A stretch of 64,000 nucleotides of DNA, taken from positions 18,213 to 82,212 of the forward strand of contig NZ_DAMCCR010000003.1 of the NCBI RefSeq assembly GCF_032058845.1, written 5' to 3'. Under the pieces are notes generated by a model, which was not told where the DNA came from, searched no databases, and was given only the letters and a program-made list of their open reading frames with translations. This document shows, piece after piece, positions 55,211-64,000 of this stretch; the first letter of the stretch is position 1; each line of letters begins with the position of its first letter. Made by a program: the position numbers and the translations under genes. This DNA comes from Pseudomonas sp. (GTDB lineage: Bacteria > Pseudomonadota > Gammaproteobacteria > Pseudomonadales > Pseudomonadaceae).

Positions 55211-56674
55211 ATGATCAAAACGCTACGCCCTCTGCTGCTCGCCGGCCTGTTGCTGCCGGTCGCCCTCTCCAGCCACGCGGCCGCTGTCGGTTCCACGCTG
55301 TCACCCAAGGTGCAGCAGGCTCTCAAGACCAACAAACTGCAGGATTCGGCGTTGTCGCTCGTACTGGTGCCATTGGACGGCCCCGGTACAGCGACCGTGT
55401 TCAATGCCGATGTGTCAGTCAACCCTGCCTCGACCATGAAGCTGGTCACCACCTACGCCGCACTGGAGCTGCTCGGGCCCACCTACCAGTGGAAGACCGA
55501 GTTCTATACCGACGGCACCCTGAGCAACGGTGTGCTCAACGGTAACCTGTACCTCAAAGGGGGCGGTGATCCCAAGCTGAACATGGAAAAGCTGTGGCTG
55601 CTGATGCGCGATCTGCGCGCCAACGGCGTGCAGACCATCACCGGTGACCTGGTGCTTGATCGCAGCCATTTCGTACAGCCCAACCTGCCCGAATTCAATG
55701 ACGATGGCGGCGACGTGAACAAGCCGTTCCTGGTCAAGCCCGACTCGCTGCTGGTCAACCTCAAGGCCCTGCGCTTCGTCGCCCGCAACGACGGCGGCAA
55801 GGTGACGGTGTCGGTAGAACCGCCGATAGCCAGCATCCGCATCGACAACCAGGTCAAGGCCGTGGCGTCCAAGCAGTGCAGCGGTGAGGTGCGCTACAAC
55901 CCGGTGCCGCAAGCCGACGGCATGAGTGTCGTGGTCAGTGGCCAGTTGGGCGATGGCTGCAACTCGCAGACCTACCTGTCGCTGCTCGATCACCCGACTT
56001 ACGCCGCAGGCGCGGTTCGGGCCATCTGGAATGAACTGGGCGGCACCCTGCAAGGCCGTGACCGGATCGAGAACGTGCCCAAGACTGCCCGCTTGCTGGC
56101 GCGCGCGTTTTCGCCAGACCTGGTCGAAGTCATCCGCGACATCAACAAATACAGCAACAACACCATGGCCCAGCAGCTGTTCCTGAGCATCGGCGCGCGT
56201 TTTCGCACCGACGCCGACGGCGACGATGCTCGCGCTGCGCAGCGTGTGATCCGACAATGGATGGCCAAGAAAGGCATCACCTCACCGCACCTGGTAATGG
56301 AAAACGGCTCAGGACTGTCTCGTGCCGAACGGGTCAGCGCACGGGAAATGGCCATGCTCCTGCAGGCGGCCTGGAAAAGCCCGTTCGCTGCGGAGTTCAT
56401 GAGTTCGATGCCACTGGTCGGCATGGACGGGACCATGCGCAAACGCCTGAAAACCACGGCGCTGCGCGGTGAAGGCCACATCAAGACCGGCACGCTGAAT
56501 ACCGTGCGCGCCATCGCCGGCTTTACCCGCGACAGTAACGGCAAGACCTGGGCGGTCTCGGCGATTCTCAACGATCCGCGACCCTGGGGCGCGGCGTCGA
56601 TCCTCGACCAGGTGCTGCTCGATGTGTACCAGCAACCCAAACTCGTCAACACCAGCGTGAATCTTGCGCAGTGA
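55211..56674 (+). CDS. dacB: D-Ala-D-Ala carboxypeptidase/endopeptidase PBP4
   Basis: PASTMK, SNN, GSGLSR, KTGTL motifs. Confidence 0.95.
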   Translation: MIKTLRPLLLAGLLLPVALSSHAAAVGSTLSPKVQQALKTNKLQDSALSLVLVPLDGPGTATVFNADVSVNPASTMKLVTTYAALELLGPTYQWKTEFYTDGTLSNGVLNGNLYLKGGGDPKLNMEKLWLLMRDLRANGVQTITGDLVLDRSHFVQPNLPEFNDDGGDVNKPFLVKPDSLLVNLKALRFVARNDGGKVTVSVEPPIASIRIDNQVKAVASKQCSGEVRYNPVPQADGMSVVVSGQLGDGCNSQTYLSLLDHPTYAAGAVRAIWNELGGTLQGRDRIENVPKTARLLARAFSPDLVEVIRDINKYSNNTMAQQLFLSIGARFRTDADGDDARAAQRVIRQWMAKKGITSPHLVMENGSGLSRAERVSAREMAMLLQAAWKSPFAAEFMSSMPLVGMDGTMRKRLKTTALRGEGHIKTGTLNTVRAIAGFTRDSNGKTWAVSAILNDPRPWGAASILDQVLLDVYQQPKLVNTSVNLAQ

Positions 56675-56716
56675 TGGCCAGGCGGCGCCTGTCTCACAGG
56701 CGCCAGCACGTTCGGG

Positions 56717-57139
56717 TTACTGCGCGAACGCCTTGCCCAACCCACCCGGCACACCGCTGCTGTCGGTTTCCTGCCACGGTCCTTCGGGGTTCACCGACCA
56801 GCTCCAGCCGTTGTTCCAGCGGTAATACGTGCGCTGGCGGTAGAAGGTATTGGACTGTTTCTCCAGTACGTACACGCCCATTTTCGGGTCCCAATGGCTG
56901 GCGCCACCGGGCGGCGGTGCGAAACTGGCCGAGGTCCGCGGCATGGGTTTGGGTGCCTGCGCCGGCTGGCCAGGCTTGGGTGCGCCGGGCTGCGGACCGG
57001 GCAACGGTTTGACCACCGGGCCTTTGGCCGGCGGCGGGGTCTCGAGCGGCGGCGTGGGTTGCTCGACCGGGCGATGGACCGTACAGGCACCCAATCCAAG
57101 GGCCAGGGCGAGTACGGTCAGGCGGGCAATGCTGTTCAT
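56717..57139 (-). CDS. Proline-rich lipoprotein
   Basis: LGAC lipobox, Pro-rich linker, aromatic C-terminal domain. Confidence 0.8.
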   Translation of the reverse strand: MNSIARLTVLALALGLGACTVHRPVEQPTPPLETPPPAKGPVVKPLPGPQPGAPKPGQPAQAPKPMPRTSASFAPPPGGASHWDPKMGVYVLEKQSNTFYRQRTYYRWNNGWSWSVNPEGPWQETDSSGVPGGLGKAFAQ

Positions 57140-57150
57140 GGCGCGGTGTC

Positions 57151-58335
57151 TCACGAATCGGGGCTGTCGATGATCAGGTGCTGGATGGCCTGGGTATCGC
57201 TCGCCACTGGCGCGCTCTGCCCGATCCACTCGCCCTGAGTGGGCTGCCCGCTTCGAGAAACGCGAGCTACCAGTTGGACTTGACCCGCATCGGACAGTTT
57301 CATCTGTGCCACCATGGCATCGGCGTCGGACAACACCACCTCGATGGGCAACTGCGCCACCGTGACTCGCTTGGCCGCCAATGGCATGCCTGGCCCCTGG
57401 CTGGCGCGGGCGAAGATGAACACGGTGTCTTCGGCGCGGACCTTGTTTTTCAGTGCAGCCGCCAGTTCCACCCGCACCTTCAAGCCCACCTTCGCCTCAG
57501 GTGTCGCGCCGCCGGCGCGCAGCTTGTCGGCGGCACGGTCGATCCCGCCTTGCAGCGCAGCGCGGGAGCTGTCCTCGGCGGGCAGTTGGGCCAGCAGACG
57601 CTGCCAGAAGCCGATGGCTTCCTGATAGCGCTCACCCTCGAAGGCGGCAATGCCCAGCAGGCCGAGGCTGGTCACCTCGTTCGGGTCGCTCTTCAAGGCC
57701 TCGTCGGTCAGGGCCTGGAGTTGCGGGCTCCACTGTTTGTCCTGAGCGAAATACAGCGCCTGGGCCCATTGCCCGAGCAGCTCGGGTTGGCGCCCGGCCA
57801 GCGCCACGGCGCGTGCATAGACCTTGGCAGCGTCGGCCGGCCGTTGATCGGCCATGTAGGCGCGGCCCAGGAAATACAGGCTTTCAGCCGAATCGGGCTG
57901 GGCCTGAACGGCGCGCTCCAGGCGCTGGGTCATCTCGGCCATGGTTGCCGGCGGCTTGGCGAACTCCTGGGTCAGGCGCACCTGGTCGGCCGCACCGAAG
58001 TGCAGATACAGCGCCAACGCCGCCACCGGCAGAAGCACGGCCAGGGTCACCGGCAGGGCGAGGCCGAGCCTGCGCGTGGCACCAGGCTCGGCCGAGGCTG
58101 TATCGGCCAGCAACTCGCGCGCCGCTTCGGCGCGGCCCTGCCGCAACTGCTCGGCATCGAGCACCCCGGCCTGCGCCTGGCCGGTCAGCTCGGCGACGCG
58201 TTCTTGATACAGCGCTACGTTAAGCGCCGTGCGGTCTTCTTCCTGCTGCTGGCGGTGGCCGCGCAGGGTGGGGATCAACAGGAACGCGAGCGCTGCCAGC
58301 AGCAGCAGCCCGGCACCGAGCCAGAATTCAGTCAT
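57151..58335 (-). CDS. ccmI: Cytochrome c biogenesis protein CcmI/CycH
   Basis: N-terminal TM, TPR region, position in the ccm operon. Confidence 0.9.
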   Translation of the reverse strand: MTEFWLGAGLLLLAALAFLLIPTLRGHRQQQEEDRTALNVALYQERVAELTGQAQAGVLDAEQLRQGRAEAARELLADTASAEPGATRRLGLALPVTLAVLLPVAALALYLHFGAADQVRLTQEFAKPPATMAEMTQRLERAVQAQPDSAESLYFLGRAYMADQRPADAAKVYARAVALAGRQPELLGQWAQALYFAQDKQWSPQLQALTDEALKSDPNEVTSLGLLGIAAFEGERYQEAIGFWQRLLAQLPAEDSSRAALQGGIDRAADKLRAGGATPEAKVGLKVRVELAAALKNKVRAEDTVFIFARASQGPGMPLAAKRVTVAQLPIEVVLSDADAMVAQMKLSDAGQVQLVARVSRSGQPTQGEWIGQSAPVASDTQAIQHLIIDSPDS

Positions 58336-58804
58336 GGGGATGGTCTTTTTCCAACAGCGTGGCCAGCCGCGCGCGCTCGGCGGGTGAAAGGTCGGCGCCG
58401 GCGGCAGGCGCCGCAATGCGACGACGGCGAACGATCACCGCGAGCACTGCGAAACCGCCTAGCAACAACAGCCCAGGCCCGAACCACAGCAGCCAGGTGC
58501 GGGCGTTCAAGGCCGGTTTGTAACGGACGAAGTCGCCATAGCGATCGACCATGAAATCGACGATCTGCTGGTTGCTCCTGCCCTCGCCCAGCATGCGGAA
58601 GATTTCCCGGCGCAGGTCGGCGGCAATCGGCGCATTGGAGTCGGCGATGTCCTGGTTCTGGCACTTCGGGCAGCGCAGTTCCTTGGTCAGTTGCTGGTAG
58701 CGATCACGCTCGGCCTGGTCGCGGAACTGATACGTGTCGATCGCGGCCTGCACACCGCCACTGATGAGCAGGCCTAGCACTGCGGCGCTGAGCCAACGCT
58801 TCAT
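58328..58804 (-). CDS. ccmH: Cytochrome c biogenesis protein CcmH
   Basis: LRCPKCQNQ. Confidence 0.95.
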   Translation of the reverse strand: MKRWLSAAVLGLLISGGVQAAIDTYQFRDQAERDRYQQLTKELRCPKCQNQDIADSNAPIAADLRREIFRMLGEGRSNQQIVDFMVDRYGDFVRYKPALNARTWLLWFGPGLLLLGGFAVLAVIVRRRRIAAPAAGADLSPAERARLATLLEKDHPHD

Positions 58805-59337
58805 GGTTTCGCCTCATCGACCAGTTGCTGGTAGCGCGGTGCAAGCTGCTCGCGCCACACGGTCGCATCGACCACACCCACATGCTTGAAGCGGATGATG
58901 CCCCGGGCGTCGATCAGGAAGGTCTCGGGCGCGCCATAGACGCCAAGGTCGAGCCCCAGGGTGCCCTGCTCGTCACTGATGTCGAGCTGGTACGGGTTGT
59001 GGAAGTCGGCCAGCCACTTCCGGGCAGCGGCGTTGTCGTCCTTGTAGTTGATGCCATGGATGACCACGCCTTGTTCGGCGAGCTGGTTCAGGTAAGGGTG
59101 TTCAACCTTGCAGGACGGACACCAGGTGCCCCACACATTGACCAGCGCCGCCCGCCCTTGCAGGTCACGTTCGGTCAGGGGCTGGCCGCCTTGCACGGCA
59201 CTCAGCGAAAACGCCGGGAACGGCTTGCCGATCATCGCGGACGGCAGGTCATCAGGCTTGAGGAACAACCCCTTGTAAAGAAACACCGCCAGCAGCAGGA
59301 ATGCCGCCAGCGGAATCAACATCATCCAGCGTTTCAT
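58801..59337 (-). CDS. ccmG: Thiol:disulfide interchange protein CcmG/DsbE
   Basis: WCPSC, GVYGAPET. Confidence 0.95.
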   Translation of the reverse strand: MKRWMMLIPLAAFLLLAVFLYKGLFLKPDDLPSAMIGKPFPAFSLSAVQGGQPLTERDLQGRAALVNVWGTWCPSCKVEHPYLNQLAEQGVVIHGINYKDDNAAARKWLADFHNPYQLDISDEQGTLGLDLGVYGAPETFLIDARGIIRFKHVGVVDATVWREQLAPRYQQLVDEAKP

Positions 59338-61322
59338 GCACGTGCTCCCGCTACGCCCAACACCTCTCGCACCCGCGTTCTGACCTTGACCCGATAACGC
59401 CGGTCAAGCGCCGCCAGTACGCCGCCCAGCCCGGTCAGCAAACCGCCCAGCCAGATCCAGCGTACATAGGGCTTGATGTGCACGCGCACGGCCCAGGCGC
59501 CATCGCCCAGTGGTTCACCGAGGGCCACGTAGAGATCACGGGTGAAGCCTGCATCGATACCGGCTTCGGTCATCATCGACTGCTGCACGGTGTACAGGCG
59601 TTTTTCCGGATGCAGCACCGACACCTCGCGACCCTCGCGCGACACACGTACCGTGCCTTTGTCGGAAATGAAATTGGGCCCCTCGAAGTGCCTGGCGCCT
59701 TCGAAGAGGAAGTGATAGCCGCCCAGCTCGACGGTCTCGCCGGGTGCCATGCGCAGGTCGCGCTCGGCACTGTTGTTGCTCGACAGCACCACCCCCAGCG
59801 CGCACACCACCAGGCCCAGGTGGGCAAGCTGCATGCCCCAGTAGCTGCGGGTCAGGCCGGTCACACCCCTGACCAGGCCCTTGTGGCGAGTCTTGTCGAA
59901 CAGGTCACGGACACCGGCCAGCAACACCCACGCGCCGAGGGCAAAGGTGGTCAGCACCTGCCAGTCGAAGTCGTCGACCAGCCAGCCCGCCAGGGGCGCC
60001 GCCAGTGCAGTGCCGATCAGCACGGGCTTGAGCATGCTCACCAGCCACTGGCCTGGCGTATCTTTCCAGCGCACCAGTACGCCCACGCCGAGTACCAGCA
60101 TCAGCAGCGCCATCAATGGCAGGAACAAGGCATCGAAATACGGCGGGCCGACCGACAGCTTGGCGCCGGTCAGGGCATCGAGAATGAGTGGGTACAGCGT
60201 ACCGAGCAGGATCATCGAGGCGGCGACGACCAGCACCAGGTTATTGGCCAGCAGCAGGGTTTCGCGCGACCACAGGGCAAAGCCCACCTGGCTCTTGACC
60301 ACGGGCGCGCGCCAGGCGAACAACGCCAGCGAGCCGCCCACCACCATCAGCAGGAAGATCAGGATGAACACCCCGCGCTCCGGGTCGGCGGCGAAGGCAT
60401 GCACCGAGGTCAACACCCCGGAGCGGACCAGGAAGGTACCGAGCAGGCTCAGCGAGAAGGCGGCAATGGCCAGCAGTACCGTCCAGCTCTTGAACACCCC
60501 GCGCTTCTCGGTCACGGCCAGCGAGTGGATCAACGCCGTGCCCACCAGCCATGGCATGAAGGAGGCGTTTTCCACCGGGTCCCAGAACCACCAGCCGCCC
60601 CAGCCGAGCTCGTAATAGGCCCACCACGAGCCCAGGGTGATGCCGACCCCGAGGAAGGCCCAGGCCACCAGCGTCCAGGGCCGCGACCAGCGTGCCCAGG
60701 CGGCATCCAGACGCCCGCCGAGCAAGGCAGCGATGGCGAAGGCAAAGGCGACCGAAAAGCCGACATAGCCCATGTACAACATCGGCGGGTGCACGATCAG
60801 GCCGATGTCCTGCAGCAATGGATTGAGGTCGCGGCCATTGGTCGGCATCTGCGGCAGCAGGCGCTGGAACGGGTTGGAGGTGACGATCAGGAAGCTCAGA
60901 AAGCCCACGCTGATCATGCCCATCACCGCCAGTACGCGCGCCAGCATGACCTGCGGCAACTGCCGGGAAAAGACCGACACCGCGAACGTCCAGCCGCCCA
61001 GGATCAGCGCCCAGAGCAGCAGCGAGCCTTCGTGGGCGCCCCACACTGCGCTGAATTTGTAGTACCAGGGCAAGGCCGTGTTGGAGTTGCTGGCCACGTA
61101 GGCGACCGAGAAATTGTCGGTCATGAAGGCGTGGGTCAGGCAGGCGAACGCCAGTGCCAGGAAGGCGAACTGCCCCCAGGCGGCCGGACGGGCCAGGCCC
61201 ATCCACAGACTGTCGCCGCGCCAGGCGCCGACCAGTGGCACGGTCGCCTGCACGGCGGCGAAGCAGATCGCCAGGATCATCGCCAACTGGCCCAGCTCAG
61301 GGATCAACAACGCGGCGTTCAT
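59334..61322 (-). CDS. ccmF: Heme lyase CcmF
   Basis: [17 protein letters not shown] motifs. Confidence 0.97.
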   Translation of the reverse strand: MNAALLIPELGQLAMILAICFAAVQATVPLVGAWRGDSLWMGLARPAAWGQFAFLALAFACLTHAFMTDNFSVAYVASNSNTALPWYYKFSAVWGAHEGSLLLWALILGGWTFAVSVFSRQLPQVMLARVLAVMGMISVGFLSFLIVTSNPFQRLLPQMPTNGRDLNPLLQDIGLIVHPPMLYMGYVGFSVAFAFAIAALLGGRLDAAWARWSRPWTLVAWAFLGVGITLGSWWAYYELGWGGWWFWDPVENASFMPWLVGTALIHSLAVTEKRGVFKSWTVLLAIAAFSLSLLGTFLVRSGVLTSVHAFAADPERGVFILIFLLMVVGGSLALFAWRAPVVKSQVGFALWSRETLLLANNLVLVVAASMILLGTLYPLILDALTGAKLSVGPPYFDALFLPLMALLMLVLGVGVLVRWKDTPGQWLVSMLKPVLIGTALAAPLAGWLVDDFDWQVLTTFALGAWVLLAGVRDLFDKTRHKGLVRGVTGLTRSYWGMQLAHLGLVVCALGVVLSSNNSAERDLRMAPGETVELGGYHFLFEGARHFEGPNFISDKGTVRVSREGREVSVLHPEKRLYTVQQSMMTEAGIDAGFTRDLYVALGEPLGDGAWAVRVHIKPYVRWIWLGGLLTGLGGVLAALDRRYRVKVRTRVREVLGVAGARA

Positions 61323-61774
61323 GGCTTGGCCTGCGCGTCAGTGGCAGCCTGGCCGTTTTCCTGCAGGGCCTTGGTGACCTCCGGCGGCATGTACTTTTCG
61401 TCGTGCTTGGCCAGCACTTCGTCGGCCACTACCTCGCCCTGGGCGTTGAGCTTGCCCAGCGCCACGATCCCCTGCCCTTCGCGGAACAGGTCAGGCAGGA
61501 TCCCGCGGTAGGTGATCGGCACCGATTTGTTGAAGTCGGTGACGACGAAGCGGACGTCCAACGAATCACCCGAGCGCTGCAGCGAGCCTTGCTCGACCAT
61601 GCCGCCGGCGCGGATGCGGGTGTCGTGCGGCGCTTCGCCATTGGCGATTTGCGTGGGGGTGTAGAACAGATTGATGTTCTGTTGCAGGGCGCTGAGGGCA
61701 AAGCCCACGGCCAGGGCAACGCCGAGCACCAGGCCGAGGATGATGAACAGGCGTTTCTTGCGCTGCGGATTCAC
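61319..61774 (-). CDS. ccmE: Heme chaperone CcmE
   Basis: [17 protein letters not shown]. Confidence 0.95.
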   Translation of the reverse strand: MNPQRKKRLFIILGLVLGVALAVGFALSALQQNINLFYTPTQIANGEAPHDTRIRAGGMVEQGSLQRSGDSLDVRFVVTDFNKSVPITYRGILPDLFREGQGIVALGKLNAQGEVVADEVLAKHDEKYMPPEVTKALQENGQAATDAQAKP

Positions 61775-61947
61775 GGCTTGCTCTCCCGGCGCAGACGACG
61801 CGCCTCTTCTTGCAGGTAACGGCGCCGGGCGCGCAGGGGCACGGCGACGTTCACGGCCAGCACCAGCAGGCAGATGCCATAGGCTGACCACACGTACAGG
61901 CCATGGTGGCCCATGGCGAGGAACTCGGGGATGGACGCGAAACTCAT
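61771..61947 (-). CDS. ccmD: Heme exporter protein CcmD
   Basis: F..MG.HG.YVW.AY, TM plus basic tail. Confidence 0.9.
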   Translation of the reverse strand: MSFASIPEFLAMGHHGLYVWSAYGICLLVLAVNVAVPLRARRRYLQEEARRLRRESKP

Positions 61948-62711
61948 CGCGACGCCTCTTTGCTCAGCGATTTCAAGACCTCGTCCTTGACCCAACTGGC
62001 GCGCGCTTCACGCCGCAGCACTTCCAGGCGCATGCGCAGCAGCAATACCGCGCCGAAAAAGCAGTAGAAACCGAGCGCGGTCAGCAGCAACGGCAGCCAC
62101 ATCTCGACCGGCATGGCCGGCTTTTCCGTGAGGGTGAACGTGGCGCCCTGGTGCAGCGTGTTCCACCACTCCACCGAGTACTTGATGATCGGGATGTTGA
62201 TCACGCCGACGATTGCCAGCACCGCGCAGGCCTTGGCCGAGCTGTCACGGTTGCTGATCGCCTGGCCCAACGCAATGATCCCGAAGTACAGGAACAGCAG
62301 GATCAGCATCGACGTCAGTCGTGCATCCCAGACCCACCAGCTACCCCAGGTCGGCTTGCCCCACACCGCACCCGTGACCAGCGCCAGCGCCGTCATCCAG
62401 GCGCCGATGGGGGCGGCGCACTGCAGCGCGACGTCGGCCAGTTTCATCTTCCATACCAGCCCCACCACGCCGGCAACGGCCAGCATCACGTAGCACGACT
62501 GCGCGAGCATGGCCGCCGGCACGTGGATATAGATGATGCGGAAGCTGTTGCCCTGCTGGTAATCCTCAGGGGCGAACGCCAGGCCCCAGACGATGCCGAT
62601 GCTCAGCAACAGCGCCGCCGCGATCGCCAGCCAGGGCAGCAGACGGCCACTGATGGCATAGAACCATTTGGGCGAACCGAGTTTGTGGAACCACGTCCAG
62701 CTCATTTTCAT
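61944..62711 (-). CDS. ccmC: Heme exporter protein CcmC
   Basis: [20 protein letters not shown] motif. Confidence 0.96.
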   Translation of the reverse strand: MKMSWTWFHKLGSPKWFYAISGRLLPWLAIAAALLLSIGIVWGLAFAPEDYQQGNSFRIIYIHVPAAMLAQSCYVMLAVAGVVGLVWKMKLADVALQCAAPIGAWMTALALVTGAVWGKPTWGSWWVWDARLTSMLILLFLYFGIIALGQAISNRDSSAKACAVLAIVGVINIPIIKYSVEWWNTLHQGATFTLTEKPAMPVEMWLPLLLTALGFYCFFGAVLLLRMRLEVLRREARASWVKDEVLKSLSKEASR

Positions 62712-62756
62712 CACGGTGTATCCAGACATTTGCCGGGCTTGCATGCCCGGTACTCG

Positions 62757-63425
62757 TTATTCACCGACGCTGATCTTCAGGCCGGCGGCAATCGCAAAGG
62801 GGGCCAGGGTAATGGCCAGTGCCGTCAGGCTGGCCAGCCACAGCAAGTGGCCGGTCGCGGGCATAGTGTGCAGCGCCGCTTGCAGCGCGCCACTGCCCAG
62901 GATCAATACCGGTATGTATAGCGGGAGAATCAGCAGCGCCAGCAACAGGCCGCCGCGCTTGAGCCCGACCGTCAACGCCGCGCCGACCGCGCCCAGCAGG
63001 CTGAGCACCGGCGTGCCGAGCAGCAGGGAGGCCAGCAGCACGGGCAGGCATTCACCGGGCAGGCCGAGCATCAGGGCCAGCAGCGGGGCCAACAATACCA
63101 GCGCCAGACCGGAAAAGGTCCAATGGGCCAGCACTTTGGCCAGCACCAGCATCGGCAAGGGATGCGGTGACAGCACCCACTGCTCCAGCGAGCCGTCCTC
63201 GAAATCGCTGCGAAACAGGCCATCGAGCGACAGCAGCACGGCCAGTAATGCGGCGACCCAGACCAGGCCTGGCGAGAGGGTTTGCAGGAGCTGCGTTTCC
63301 GGCCCGACTGCCAGGGGAAACATCGCTACCACGATGGCAAAGAACACCAGCGGGTTGGCCAGTTCGGCGGGCCGGCGCCACAGCAGCCGCGCTTCGCGGC
63401 GCAACAACAGGATGAATACGCTCAT
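62757..63425 (-). CDS. ccmB: Heme exporter protein CcmB
   Basis: [19 protein letters not shown]. Confidence 0.95.
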   Translation of the reverse strand: MSVFILLLRREARLLWRRPAELANPLVFFAIVVAMFPLAVGPETQLLQTLSPGLVWVAALLAVLLSLDGLFRSDFEDGSLEQWVLSPHPLPMLVLAKVLAHWTFSGLALVLLAPLLALMLGLPGECLPVLLASLLLGTPVLSLLGAVGAALTVGLKRGGLLLALLILPLYIPVLILGSGALQAALHTMPATGHLLWLASLTALAITLAPFAIAAGLKISVGE

Positions 63426-64000
63426 GCGGCCCACTGCCCCAGGTTCAGTTCGCGGTAGCCGCGTGGACGCTGATGCAGCTCATGGTGGGTGGTCAGCACC
63501 ACCGTGCCGCCGGCCTCGCAGTGCTGCGCCAAGTGCTGTTCAAGCTGGGCGACGCCGTGCTTGTCGAGGGCGGTGAAAGGCTCATCGAGGATCCACAGGC
63601 GTGGACCCGGCAGATACAGCCGGGCCAGGGCCACCCGGCGCTGCTGGCCGGCAGACAACGTATGGCAGGGCACATCTTCGAAACCCTGCAGGCCGATGGC
63701 CGCGAGCGCCTGATCGATGGCGTGGGACTCGGCCGGCTGATGCAGCGCGCACAGCCAGGCGAGGTTTTCCTGAGCGGTGAGCAGGTCCTTGATACCGGCG
63801 CTGTGGCCAATCCAGACCAGCTCGGCGGCCAGCGCCGTGCGGCACTCGGCCAATGGCACCCCGCCCCACAGCAAGGCGCCGGCGCTGGGTTGCATGAGCC
63901 CGGCGAGCACGCGCAACAGGCTGGTCTTGCCACTGCCGTTGGGACCGCTGACGTGCAGCAGGTCACCGGCGCGCAGGTCGAGGTCCAGATGCTCGAAGAG
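63422..64000 (-). CDS. ccmA: Heme ABC exporter ATPase CcmA (5' end outside the window)
   Basis: GPNGSGKT Walker [15 protein letters not shown]. Confidence 0.93.
   Translation of the reverse strand, partial: LFEHLDLDLRAGDLLHVSGPNGSGKTSLLRVLAGLMQPSAGALLWGGVPLAECRTALAAELVWIGHSAGIKDLLTAQENLAWLCALHQPAESHAIDQALAAIGLQGFEDVPCHTLSAGQQRRVALARLYLPGPRLWILDEPFTALDKHGVAQLEQHLAQHCEAGGTVVLTTHHELHQRPRGYRELNLGQWAA

Overview
GC-rich Pseudomonas chromosomal window, putida-group-like from its gene content and REP style. It holds mostly core genes: Tsx-like porin, glcG and the glyoxylate cluster (gcl-hyi-glxR-ttuD-pyk), urea, ion and sulfate transport, an NCS1/hydantoin racemase pair, rlmKL-rmf-pyrD, oprF-sigX-cmpX-crfX-cmaX-rraA-estX-ppsA/ppsR, aer, yqjDEK-like genes, dgt, a BvgA/BvgS-like pair, yggL, dacB and the ccm operon (truncated at the right edge). 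The main accessory feature is a ~6.9 kb AT-rich integrative element (23097-30021) that splits an FKBP-type PPIase gene in frame at a 6-bp core (CTGGTC). The element encodes a large serine integrase, a second small serine recombinase, four translationally coupled unknown ORFs and an HNH-like cargo gene. It also contains a ~1 kb hairpin-rich non-coding region and a predicted ~145-nt structured RNA under a near-consensus sigma70 promoter that overlaps a Fur-like box. Smaller items are an IS4-type MITE carrying a REP doublet inside a terminator, REP/structured repeats, a strand-symmetric C-depletion around repeat-bearing intergenic regions, and several operator sites. No tRNA, rRNA or CRISPR array was seen. 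All annotation is by eye; no searches were run.
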